DNA of 64,000 bases, from assembly GCF_964204865.1 (NCBI RefSeq), contig NC_135255.1:16058001-16122000 (forward strand), in the 5' to 3' direction. The first letter of the stretch is position 1; every line of letters begins with the position of its first letter. The notes beneath the pieces were generated by a model. That model had not been told where the DNA came from and ran no database searches. It saw nothing but the letters and a program-made list of their open reading frames with translations. The translations under genes were made by a program, and so were the position numbers. Source of the DNA: Styela clava. Taxonomy: Eukaryota. Positions 49,501 to 61,843 of this stretch are shown here, piece by piece.

Positions 49501-50917
49501 ATTGAGAAAATTCTTCGTGTTGTAGCAAACATCGGCTGCATCTGGCAAACCGTCTACATTAGTATCAACGTTAACTATATCGATTATAAGAAGCTCCGGT
49601 ACACGTCCTTTTGGCGGATTCAGACTCCAGTCACATCTCTCATTTCCATAATAGTACTCCGGATAACCCGTTGATTTTAAAGACCCGGACATGGAATATA
49701 AGTTGAAGGGTGATTTTCCATTGGTACATGCACTGAATGCAATTGGCAGAAACCCTGAAAATAGGAAAGTCGTAACAAATTAAACAGCGATCTTCGCCTG
49801 ATCACTTACTGCACCATCACATGAATTCCTCGCATAATTATAGCTATATAAAAAAAGGCTTCTATATTTCATTCAACACTGAGAGCATACAAAAGCGATA
49901 ATAACCTCCATACAACGTTATATATGCAAGGCCGTTTAAAACTCAACAGTGAACTTTTAAACTGGGTATTGTGGACGATTTTTTAAAGACGAATTGGGCA
50001 GTTAAAAAATGATAGGTGATATGCAAGTATGTACAATTTCTTACACACCAATATACCGTGTTTCCCACAAATAAGACCTACCCTGATAATAAGACCTGCC
50101 CTGAAAATAAGACCTAGTATGAATTTTAAAAATGATTTTAATGTAAGCCCTCACCTTAATAAGCGCTAATCGATAGCGCAAATGTTTTTTTGACTTAGTC
50201 GTCAGCAAGAAATTTTTCCTACTCGTTTTAAAAGATTAATAATCTATGTTTAGCAGTTATTTTAAATAAAAACGTGTTATTTATAAGTTAATGGATATCG
50301 CTTTTCATATTTTGTATATTTGTAAATCTCGTAATTCTCTAAATGAAAATAGAAGACATCCCCTAAAAAAAAGCACTAGTGTTATTTTCCCAAAAAAATA
50401 ATTGAAATAAAACATCGTCTTATTTTAGGGGAAACACGGTATTACTGATTTCAAGGCTAATACATTCTTATTTTCCCAATAATCCTCTGCTATATAGATG
50501 GTCTGAACAATTTGCCTATTTAAAAACAAACGACCTTTTATTGTATTGCATCATAAGTCCAAAATAAACGAGACGATGAACGTAATAAGCTATTTGCGAA
50601 AAGAATCTTAGTTCCGCAAGTCATATTTTTCAAAAAATGACGTAATAAAGGCTAGAAATTTTTTATACTAAATTCGGTATCAAATAATAAAATAAAGTTC
50701 AAAATCAAAGCAATTTTAAGCTGACAGAACTATAAAAATATTTAGCACATATTCAATTTTATTGGTAACTTAGTAGAAAAAAATCCCAGTGAGAATTATC
50801 TTATCACAAGCTATTGTGACGAAACACCACGTCAGGAAGGCAAATCAAAAATCAATTCTTACCAGCAAACGCAAGAAGGAAAATTCCCAATCGATGATCA
50901 TGATTCATACATCCCAT
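46567..50917 (-). CDS. Uncharacterised type I membrane protein: signal peptide, CUB-like domain, Thr-rich stalk, TM, Tyr-motif cytoplasmic tail; 6 exons, 397 aa
   Basis: Exons (-) 50917-50863, 49754-49491, 49264-49019, 48187-47954, 47510-47405 and 46855-46567 total 1194 nt, GT-AG, frame intact. Segments: MGCMNHDHRLGIFLLAFAGFLPIAFSA (signal), C...SGSLKSTGYPEYYYGNERCDWSL...CG...ISFQTE......GFKLDY (CUB hallmarks), T-rich exon, ILIITLVVLLVIFLFVVIAVIF-RKR (TM plus stop-transfer), tail ending NKYDKL...NVHYESIDT*. Confidence 0.85.
47029..47243 (-). mobile_element. Merlin-like MITE, near full-length, in last intron of the CUB gene
   Basis: GGCGCTCCAGAAGTATGTGTACCAA ... TTGGTACACACACTACGGCAGTAACC; reverse complement of the 8803 and 13768 copies. 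Confidence 0.8.
47539..47700 (-). mobile_element. 3' end of a 5'-truncated CR1/L2-type retroposon
   Basis: On the minus strand: hairpin AAGGTGACGATAA...TTATCGCGTCTCCTT, then AATAAA and a (CTGA)n tail. Same layout as the 3' end of the LINE at 32.6 kb but different sequence. Confidence 0.45.
48842..48975 (-). repeat. SINE-like repeat 3' fragment
   Basis: Shares sequence with 18395-18600 and 920-1025; ends ATCCTATCCT on the minus strand. Confidence 0.5.
50056..50439 (+). mobile_element. Tc1/mariner-superfamily (pogo/Tc2-like) MITE, 384 bp
   Basis: TA TSD both sides (50054-50055, 50440-50441). TIRs CCGTGTTTCCC...AAATAAGAC / GTCTTATTTT.GGGGAAACACGG; repeated AATAAGACCT units. Confidence 0.88.
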
Positions 50918-51219
50918 GTTAATGTGTTTGTAAATGTTCAATTTGCTTTCAACTAAACTATGAGCTAAATTTAACTACAATCTGTTAAAATACAAAACGT
51001 ATAAATGTTCGTTAACTGTATATTATTTGATGCGATTGGACACGAAATGGGCCTATAGATCGTTTTGATATTTTCTTGATGTTGTTAGAATTCTTGTTAT
51101 TATAACAAAAAAATCGCTTTTCTTTTTAAGTACACTTTAAATTTTTAGTGATTAAAGATTGTTGTTATCGCTAGAAGACTGTTACTTTTATTTTTATTTT
51201 CAAAATATTTGTGATCTCT

Positions 51220-51271
51220 GGGGCTTTCCTTTTATTGTGCGATGACGTCTTCAAAATTAAAAATTGCGCAC
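51220..51271. promoter_or_regulatory. NF-kB, CRE-like and C/EBP-like motif cluster upstream of the CUB receptor gene
   Basis: GGGGCTTTCC (51220-51229) fits GGGRNYYYCC; TGACGTCT (51243-51250); TTGCGCAC (51264-51271). About 300-350 bp upstream of the ATG at 50917. Motif match only. Confidence 0.4.
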
Positions 51272-53632
51272 CTTGTGGCGATTCCGCGTTCACCCTTGTT
51301 CCTATGGCCGGGCGAATTCGTGAAGACAGTGGTACCGGCAGTCTACTGTGAAAGATTTCATACCCGTACTACTTTGTTTTGGCTTTCGTGTCCAAATATT
51401 TGATATTACTCTATTGTTTTTTTTACAATCATAACCATGAAGCAAAACTAATAAACCTGCCGTAAGTTACTAATTAGTTGTTTATGCGGTATACTAACTA
51501 ACATATATCACTTCATGCCAATCGTTAGGTGTATCCGAAGGGCTTTTTAGTTAAATGCCCGGTAAGTCAAGTAAATACTCTTGGTGTTGTAAACAAGAAG
51601 TATTTGGATTTCGTACACACAAGCCTATAAACTTATGGCTCCAATATCGGTTCAAACGAGCCAGTATTCATTGCTTTACAAAATGAATGCCAAACGTTCA
51701 AATGGGAAATACAGAGGCATAGCTCGGACTTATATACCGTATTTAAATTAATAAGAGGCAAATTTGGAATCGAACGAAGAAATATATTATTAAATCCCAT
51801 TGGTCTCGCTCACTCAGTGGCTTAATACCAAGTCATTTCCTTATTAAAACCATTCTCTGCAACTTAACTCTTATAATTTTATGTGAGGCGTTGATCAGAG
51901 CAACGGCACAACTATTAATCTGAAAATTCTCAACTTTTTTCAAAACGGCTCTTCGCTCATTTTTTCTTCCCCCACTACAAATAAAAATTATGTTATATAA
52001 TCCTTAGCTGATGTTACACGCAACTCGCAATATAATTTTTGTACTGTTTGAATACTTTATAATGTGTGAATATTCTAAATATGTGTATAGACAATACTAC
52101 ACGCAGATACATACATATAAAATATCTTTACTCTAAAAGAGCGAAATTTCGGTCTCGGAAGAAATTTTTCCCTGGGTCGGAAACCATTCAGTGCTGCTAG
52201 ATAGTCTTAGCTATGTCGGCTTACAGATAGTCCGACTATATTTGCCTAATTGCGATTTTTTTGTCAAGTCGGAAATGCCATTTACCGTTATTGTCACATT
52301 AGACATGCTCTATGTCGCTCTCAAAAAACGACAAACTTTTCTTCAGCCTGCTTGTGCACGGAAAGAAACGCTAAACGTTCTCTTTGTGCGCAGACAACAC
52401 AAAATATATTTCGCCATTTAATCGAATCCATAATTTGGCACAAATTTAACGCACGAATTCGATTAGAGCGGCGGCAAAATATTGGCAGGGATTCATAATT
52501 ATGACAAATGGATGTCTTTCACGTCACGTGATTAACGTCGACCAATGATCAGCCTTAGATAATTAGGCTTCAATCCAATCAGACATTTCTGGCGTGAGAT
52601 GTGAGGTGAAATTTTCACACTATCTTCGCTTATCTATTATGCATTTAAAATCTCAGAAATTTGACCTGCTAATTTACGTTTAATCGATGAAATCAAATGA
52701 AAAAACTAGATGTTTCAATGCTGTCAGTAAATAATGCGATAAGCTGGACAAACCATAATCACATGAAGCAAGTCAATTTATCACGTTTTTATCAATAAAT
52801 AACCTCCGCACGATTGTAAGTTTTATTTCTGGAAAACTTAATCTTTGACTCGTCTGGGATATAATTGCAACGCATCAAATTCAAATTTATCATACGCATG
52901 TTGTTAACCAATCAGCAAGGAACTGGCCAAACAAGCCCTTTGCCATTTATAAATAATTCCACTCATTGAATACGGTGCGTTCGATGCAAATTTTGTGTAA
53001 TATAAGTTAGTATTTAATACATTTAATAAAATTGATTGCAAACTAAACTATTTTTGAAATTGTTGGCGAAGTGTTGATTGCGTGAATGTTGGTATCTTCC
53101 GCTTGATAATTTATGCATAAAAATCGCTCAAAAACGCAAATAATCGAAAAATTTGCGTCTGTTAAACTACTGATAATATTAAATCATGAAATAACTAAAT
53201 ATTTGCGCATGTTAAACCTGGCCGGCTTTACATGCTGTAATAGTTTTAGTAGCAAACTTAAAATGGATGAAAAAAAAATTAATAGAATCTAACTCCACAC
53301 TCATCCTTCCTCTGTGTACTATTATATTTACTATTTCCTAACAAAACCTGCACACTCAATTGAAGCTAGGCAAAATCAGTAAAAACATCCACTAACAAGC
53401 TAAATAAACTAAAAATCTATTTGCGAACTGCCAACATTGATGGCAGATCCTATGTCGTTACAATTGATATTACAAAGAATATTTAACTGACATTTCATGA
53501 CACATATACCCATTTATCTATTTTTTCACACCAGCTTGCAAGAATATATGCGTTGAAAATTTTCATATCAAAAGTTCATACACTGTATAAAATAAATTTT
53601 ATAATTGAAGAATATATAACTATTCATTATTC

Positions 53633-53746
53633 GGTTCTCCCGAAGTATTCGTACCGTGATGGCGCACAATCTTAACATAGTATGTGTACCGGGTTAAGGT
53701 TGGTTCTGTTTGTGCCTCATCTTAGTACAAATACTTCCGGATCCCC
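53633..53746. mobile_element. Short Merlin-like MITE derivative
   Basis: GGTTCTCCCGAAGTAT...ATACTTCCGGATCCCC. Flanks CATTATTC / CATTATTT (7/8). Confidence 0.6.
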
Positions 53747-54078
53747 CATTATTTAGGGCCAAATCGGTTTCAATCTATTGGCTTAAAATCAGACTCATAA
53801 CAACAACGACTTCAAAAAACATAATATATAGCATGTGGCACAATGGCGCAACAAACAAACGAGGAATGACTAACTTCCTCATTTTACTAAATTACCGTCA
53901 TTAGGTGATAGAAGTCTGGCCAACACACGATGACTTTGTAAAAAGTTTCAAATACGATTTCTGAATAATTGTCAAACAAACAATTACTCTAGCGCAAAAC
54001 GATTGTGTTTAATTCCCCGAGGAAGATAAGTAGCAGTGCGCATTGCGTGGGCTTGTTGGCCTAGTAGTACTGTATTTA

Positions 54079-54392
54079 CAGGGCCGGACCCTGCGTTTTA
54101 GAGACTTCAAACACTTCAGACTTTGGTGCCTTATATATAAAAAAATGAAACGGGCGGTATTTTTGGCAATAGTTGGTATACCCACAAACATTTATAGAGT
54201 GTTTTAAAATGATAAATTGGTACGGAAAAAGAAAAAAATATTCCTTTCAATCTGGCAAATATTTAGGCCTGTGTTGTCTGATCAACACGAATTGTTTAAT
54301 TTAACACTGAGGCACCATTGAAATTGATTATGAAAATTTATTTGATGCTCCTTTCTATTAGTGCCCTAAGCACGTGCTTATTGTGCTCCCTG
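54079..54392. mobile_element. Degenerate hAT (Tip100-like) remnant
   Basis: Starts CAGGGCCGGACC, has GGTGCC/GGCACC subterminal motifs, and ends GTGCCCTAAGCACGTGCTTA...CCCTG. No TSD. Confidence 0.4.
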
Positions 54393-55509
54393 AGTTTATA
54401 TAAAGGATTTTTCTAGTCCCGGAGAACTAGAATACAGAACCTGTCACTCAAACTTTAAATTATTATCGTTCCTGACTCAGAATTTTTCAAGGCGTCTGAG
54501 GAGCGGATGTAAAACGTGACAAATTACATTAAACTAGGTGTCGTGTCGGTGCTGGATTTTAGACATATCAAACGTTAAACACGTAAAAGGCTTGTGATGT
54601 AATAAATGATTGGAGGATGGCCGGTTCATAATGCGAATATACGACGAACAGATCTATTCCAAAAGCATGCAAACAGCGCAATACATGACCAACAAAAACT
54701 CAAACAAACGTTTTTTTACCTTTATCAAGGACATTAGCGCGTTTCTAAATGAATCTAACCATAGTTTTCGACACTCACGACACGACTGGAGTATCAGTAT
54801 TTCCAAATCACTAAATTCCCCTTTTCATAAGCCTATTTTACCCAGCAAGCAAATCTCTATATGCGGTCTACGTTACTTATTACTCCGAGAAAAACAACGT
54901 TCAGACCTGCTGGATGATCGGCTTGAATAACTATATCGTCCACGAGTTATGACTGAGCGGACCGTGTGATTATTTACAATCATTTACTCTGACATGTCAT
55001 GTCCAATTCGTGTCAATTTAGTAGAAAAATATCTCAGTTAAAATGCAAATTTCTTGTCTAGCATTGTTTTACAAATATGTACATCGTGATTTAGTGTGAC
55101 GTAATTCGTCGAAATTTCGCCATATATAGATTATATTTTGAGAAATTTACACCTATGCTCTCATATAAAACGTGCTCAAAGGTAGATTTAAATAATATAC
55201 ATTAAATTTATCATTATTTTTTTTATAATTGTATAATCATTTAAATATACTTTGAAAATTGATATTGCTGATGACGATTTAATGATCGTAACAACCAAAT
55301 CAAGCTTTCTAACTTTCTTTAAAATGACATTTTTACCTGTGTGTACTATATACTATCAATCGAAACAATAATTATCAACAACTTCTTCATTATGCTTAAT
55401 TGCTATTACAGTAGCTAAGGTCAGTATGCTTCGCTACTTTTTATTTCAGGGTGTGTGAGTCCAAATTTGCAGGGGTGTTAGACATTTTGCTGTTAGCGAT
55501 AAAACTAAC

Positions 55510-55749
55510 GGTACTCTCGAAGTATGTGAACCAAGATGGCCGACACCGGAACTTAATATGTATACCAAGTTAGGGTTAGGCCATAATTTCAGGTACAAAT
55601 ACTATGGGAGTCACTTGGCTAGTCCCGAATAGGAATTTTAGTAGAACTAAAATAAGGAGAATAGGAATAAAATTATGGCTTAACCCCAACCTGCTACACA
55701 TTCTACGTTGCTGTGCCCGCCATCTTGGTTCCCATAATTCGGGAGTACC
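55510..55749. mobile_element. Merlin-like foldback MITE, 240 bp
   Basis: About 75-bp imperfect TIRs beginning GGTACTC.CGAAGTATGTGAACCAAGATGGC and ending GGGAGTACC. Flanks AAACTAAC / AAGCTAAC (7/8). Confidence 0.85.
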
Positions 55750-58616
55750 AAGCTAACTACAACTTATGCAAATGTGTTATGTATCCGAATGATCATCTAC
55801 ACTGGCATATACGCTTATTTCTTGACATTCAGATACAATTGTATTTAAGTTAGAAATTAAAGTGTGGTGCGACATCTCAAAATTATGTTTAAAATTTTAC
55901 CCATCTAGGCGTGCAGGGATAGTACTGGTTGAGATAGCTTGAGATTTTGTAACTAATTGATCTCTTTTGTGTTTCAAAATTCGATACTCGGTGATATAAC
56001 ACAAAGGAATATTTTGTATTTAATTTTTTCCACATATTCTTTGAGTATTGTTCGATTTCTCTTCGTCTATGGCTTGGTAACTTCTCGACCATTATTCCCA
56101 ATCTGACATTGCCAATCCTGTTGGTCGCAGGCGATATTTTGTCTTGCAATATCTTTCAGACAGGAATCGATTGTATCATACGCTTGCTTAATTAATACAT
56201 TTTACGCAGAAATAAACTGCACAAATGCTGAAACTCATTCAATGTTCATGTTCAAAGGGTTTCGATCTCCGAAAATGTGCGACTTTATTTACGAATCAAT
56301 TGAAATGCAATTGAAATTTACATGTTCTTTAGAAGTGTATAATCGACAATTCCATCGAATTTTGACGGATTTCCAAATCGTATCTTCAAATTATTTAATC
56401 TCGCAAGTTTAAAACATCTCTTCACTCAAAGAATCATCTATTTACGTCGATTAATACCATAAGTTTTATAATAAAATACAAATCAAACGAATCCGGTTAT
56501 TTATATTACAAAATCACCGCAGTACTCTTTCTATTCATCTAAAATTATATCATAAAACTGATCAAAATCGATATTCATGAAGCAAATTGTATCTCCCTTG
56601 CACTAAAAATATTTAGTTTACAATTCCGGTGTAATAATAATAAATAACATGTGTTTCATGGGCTATACGGCAATTTATGACTGCATTTTGGGGATTTTTT
56701 GTTACCATAAATGGTAGCTTAAACAGAGTGTTTAGCACACTGGATCAACCTGTTGCTTCACCAGTTAATATTTCAGATGAATCTTTGGATCCCGACTATT
56801 AAATTTTCGGGATGATCTTGCTATTTCGAATTATTTGACTAATGTCATTGTGCTGTTCTATTCGGTATTAATAACCCTGGCAGTATCATATGTGAACATC
56901 GTAATTTCCTTGAAAATTTCATATTTTGAAATCAAGGGAAAAAGCGAGCTTTTAGAATTTTAATTCGAGTTGAGTTCTGTGAGGAATTAAAATAAGATTC
57001 CATTCCCGGTAAGAATTTCCACTTTTTATTTTACAAAATATTCCAGAATTGACATCAACCAACCTATTGACATCAAACTGACAGCTTTATTAATGTGACG
57101 CCGATCTGTGACTCTAAATGTATTCTCGATTAATTGTACCTGATAATATACTGATTACCTGATAATAATGATTATTTTCGTTTCTATAAATTCGATTAAC
57201 ATTTTCAGAATGCAATAAGTGCTTGTATGATATTTTTTTCTGATATTAGTGAAAAGTATCATAACTATTCTTTTGGAAAATGTAATAATTCGTATGTAGA
57301 AGTAAAATTGAAGTAAAAAAATCGATCATTTTATCTTTAACGTATGCCAGATATGAAATTAAAATAAATTGAGTATATTATTCATGTTCAATTTCAGTCC
57401 AAATTTTTTGAATCGAATATTTGCTAAATAAGGACATGAAAATGACAAATGAACCTATTCTTATTGGTCTACTTTCATATGGATATTGCAATGCAATTTT
57501 GCGGCGTTAGCAGTAAGACATAAATTCATACTCATTTTCCAACACCAATTTGCTCTGTTCTTGAACGATTTACTGAAAATCGCACTGTTCCAAGCTTGCT
57601 ATCAATAATTCTTTCATCAAATAAACCAAACGAGATGTATTCTTCAAGATATTGTCAGATATCAGTGGCTACTTTTATCTGTCTTGTTCGGATCAAAATG
57701 ATCGAATGAGCGCAATATTACCTAATTATACGAAAAAAAAAAAAAAAAAAATACGCTCTTGCTCAAGATGCTAAACTTGACATTCTGACTTTCCCCTTTT
57801 CTTTCTATTAATATTCCTTGATAAATTAGAATTCATGAACTAAATATTTTATCTGAATTTTATTTTTTCTAAAATCGACTCTGCAGTTGTTCAGAAACTT
57901 ACATCGCAGATTAAACAACGGTGCTGTCGACTGACCGACCATTCAGTAATATACTGTGGTCATCACGCGCATAACTTAGCAACTTGTGAACTTTAGACTA
58001 GCTCATTTTCATTCAAACTATTATTTTTAACGTTTCCGATTTCTTTCGGATATCAGTACCACGTTGGTGACGCATAGCACCTTTTCAATGACGTCACTGA
58101 CTCATCGCGGGTTGGACCAAATATCACAAATATTTGTGTGATGTAAAACTAAACTTTACTTCAAACTGTATGATACATATGGTAAATATACGCCATGCTG
58201 TATTTTTATTTTTATGAAGGGCATGACATATACCTTATAGCCTACGCAAATTATTACATTATTATCATTACATTCTAAAGAGTGGTATTGACGTTACATA
58301 TTGAGTATAAACGCTTATTGGACATTAATATGAGAACAAATATTTAGTAATATTAATCGAATAGCACTGTAAAATACAAACAAACCTTGATTGATAAATG
58401 TAAAGCAGTTAAAACAAACTTGCCACATACAATTTTTGGTCATAAATTATAACCAAGTTTGGTAATTTTTGAGGGCAAATATTTTTACAACAATATTCAT
58501 GTTATGTCATAGTAGTAATAGCAAGCAATATAAAATTTTGAATGTTCACACGAACAATCTTCATCAGGGCGATGAATAGAAGATGAAAGTCAATATGTAA
58601 ATAAATCTGTATAGAA

Positions 58617-58925
58617 CAGACATGGGCAAAGTACGGCCCGCGTGGCAAATCCGGCCCGTTTGGTAATTCAATTTGGCCCGCCTGATGCTGCCATAACCAA
58701 ACTGAAATCAAATTTTAGATGTTTTAGCTAAAATAACTCAAGAAACTTGTTGAGATTGCGGTTAAATTCAGTTTTGGTGTGAGGCTTATTGTTTTCCACC
58801 TTTGCTTTGTAACACTATAAATATTGTTCATAGAATGTTACATTTTACGTCACACTTACATGGCCCGCCAGTCTAAGTGGGCAACATTTTTGGCCCCTGT
58901 GGTTCAAAAACCTTGCCCACCCCTG
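58617..58925. mobile_element. hAT (Charlie-like) MITE, 309 bp
   Basis: Termini CAGACATGGGCAA / TTGCCCACCCCTG, GGCCCG subterminal repeats, and perfect TSD GTATAGAA (58609-58616, 58926-58933). Confidence 0.9.
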
Positions 58926-60685
58926 GTATAGAACCTAACCCCATTCAACAGCTTCTGAAACATGATAACGATGACGCCTTTGAAGCCTTATCATTTTAAG
59001 CAGATAATGGTTTGTCTAATCTGTTCTGCCAATCATTTCACATATTGCACCATCTCAAGTCATTCACAAGTCCATTTCATGCAATGTGTAAATTAAAATT
59101 ATATTTATCATCATTTGTTTATTACAGGTTTTTCCATGCCTTTACTCTTTCGAACAACTGAAAAATTTCGTAATTTTTACTAACATTTCATCCACAATTC
59201 GTCCGCCCCCTTTAACTATTTTATCAAGAAAATATTCATATATTATAGACTTGGATAGATGTTACAAATGGCGATAGAAAGTATCACAAGAGTTACCGGC
59301 TCATATATGTAATCATTATTTATGGAGGCAACAAGCAATAGTTATCAACTTCAAGTACATTCTATGTTTGTATTTTCAAATTTTGATTCTTTTTCTGAGA
59401 CAGCCGACATCATAAGGTCTTATTATTATTTTATCCAATTATATAAATATTATAATTCAGCTATCTTATCAAATAAAGAATAAGAATAATAGTAAGGAGG
59501 AGGAAAGAAATTGTACCTGTATTTCCAAGTGAATACCCATTAGTAAAAATGTATAGAATAGCAAATAAAGTAAAAAATAATCTAATATTGGTTTACGGCA
59601 TATAACATGCCTGACATATCTATGTCAAACCACTAATATATCTGTATTTAACTGTTTAACGACACACTGATGTTACTGTTAACGTTATTTAAAAGCGTTG
59701 CTGTGAATACTTTTCATATTACCAAAGGATTAAACTAAGAATAACTAACGATTGATTCTGTGTAAAAACCCAAAACGCAGGAATAATCACTTTCACTTCT
59801 GACCAAGGTAAGTAAATTTGGAGAAGAAACTAGTAAGCTGCCCGTCTTATTCATAATAATAAATGTTTATTTACTGTTAAGAAGTCAGTGGTTATGTGAT
59901 CTCAGGAAAACACGAGACGGGGTTAGGAAATGCGTTCTATGATAATGTATTTATAAGATTGAACTAAGCATATATCGAATTAGCATCAATTGTATGCGAC
60001 ATGCGTCATGTTATAACTATCATAAACACACATAACACATAGTTTGCTACTGGTACTGGTGTTGGCAATGAAGCATAAAGCACTACATGATTCATACATT
60101 GGCGCACCGACTTATAATGTGCATGATCGATTTTTTGAGAAAAAGAAAAGATTTAAAGTGGCCTCATGGTCCGTAAAATATGTACATTTCACACAACTTC
60201 CATTTAGTAATTAAAATATACAAAAAAAAAAATGAAATGCTTCCTATCCTGTCTTCTCCTTTTTCACAAACTTTATTTAACATAACCTGCTAATGGGTAA
60301 TCATACAAATAGCTTGTTTGTAATCACATTGCTTGTGAAACACAATAAACTTCTGTAAGGTCATGTAAACTATGTTTGAACAACGCAATATCAAGTATTT
60401 GTTATCAATACTCAGATAATTATTTAATTACGTTAAGTACGCATCAGACGCACATATGAAATTGAAAATATATAAACACGAAATAATAATTTCAACTTTC
60501 CCTCATGCTCTCATTGTGAGCCAAAAAAAACAACGTTAAAATATTAAGCAAAATAACTATTACTATTACGGACTAGAATTTGAATAAGCTAGCTGTTAAA
60601 GTCGTTTCCAAAGAACTGACTGAAATGGTCGATTTGCCAAGCAACATCCCGTCAATAAACGCCCAAAACCACCAGAAACCCTGCC

Positions 60686-60790
60686 AGAACGTTCAAAAAC
60701 ATGTAAAAAATGTGAAAAAAACGTAAAAATAACCTTGCAAAAACGTTCAAAATCTTGGTTAAAACGTTCAAATACGTGCGAAAACCGTCA
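60686..60790. repeat. Loose AAAACGTT(C) tandem-like tract
   Basis: Repeated AACGTTCAAAA / AAAACGT / AAAACATGT units. Confidence 0.5.
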
Positions 60791-61606
60791 TTGTGTTGGA
60801 TAATGCATAACTTCGAATATGATCTGATGTACCATGATAAAACATAAGAATCCAAAACGAATATCATATTTTGCCATGTTGTAGTTCTGATATACAAACG
60901 ATACTAAGATTCGAATTTGAATAAATATTTGTATATTCCTTCTTCACACGAAAATATCAAAACTAATACATTTATACATGAAGACGTATTGAAAATTATT
61001 GGACACGTATATTGATTGTATATAGATTATAGAAGACTAAAATATATAATTTACAACTATTGAGAGTAAAATTTGAATATTTTCCTTTCGATGAGATTTT
61101 GCTTTTGACTTGCAGTCTAACATTCCAGTCTGATTTTTCAATACAAATACCCGATTTGTTCAATAAATTGGTTTCTGAGCTATGTAATGTACACTGTTAT
61201 AAAATCACACCACTGTTACTATAATTTTGCTCAGATAGTCAGTAAAAGGCGACTCTCGATTAAAAGAAAATTGAATCAGTGGACATGAGAATTTCATATA
61301 AAGTACACATAGGTAGACAAATACAGTATATACTAGTATACTGTCGCGCAAAGACACAGACGTTTTTAATCTTCCATAAGTTTTCCTTGTTATGCTCACA
61401 CAAGTTTTATTTTTCTATATTCAGTGACTTCTGAACAGCGTTAACTAAAGTTCCTGAAGCATTATTAACTTACTTACCATGCAAACCTGATAGTATTCGT
61501 ACGTGAATGCGGTATGTTTGACATTTTGCACATAAATAACCCCTGAATGTAAAATCTATTATACTAAACACTTATGGGGTAACAAATAACTGAGTACGAT
61601 CTAATC

Positions 61607-61843
61607 GGTACCCCCGAAGTATGTGAACCAAGATGGCGGACACCGGAACGTAGAATATGTACCAGGTTAGGGTTAGGCCATAATTTTATTCCATTCTTCC
61701 TTATTTTAGTTCTATTACGAGTTCGGGGACTAGCCAAGTGACTCCCATAGTATTCATACCTGGGGTCATGGCCTAACCCTAACCTGGTATACACATGCTA
61801 CGTTCCGGTGTCGCCTTCTTAGTTCAAATACTGCGGGAGTACC
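61607..61843. mobile_element. Merlin-like foldback MITE, 237 bp (opposite orientation to 55510)
   Basis: TIRs GGTACCCCCGAAGTATGTGAACCAAGATGGCGGACACCGGAACGTAG...GGTTAGGGTTAGGCCAT and its reverse complement. Flanks ATCTAATC / TTCTAATC (7/8). Confidence 0.87.

Noticed and set aside
55889-56460. 86-aa minus-strand ORF and adjacent coding-looking sequence
   Set aside because: No family recognised and all frames are interrupted; a decayed gene cannot be excluded.
57733-57751. A19 run as a retrocopy poly(A) tail
   Set aside because: No upstream ORF, nearby poly(A) signal or TSD; treated as a simple homopolymer.
55567-61680. TTAGGG runs as interstitial telomere or fusion scar
   Set aside because: At most about two units, always inside MITE TIRs.
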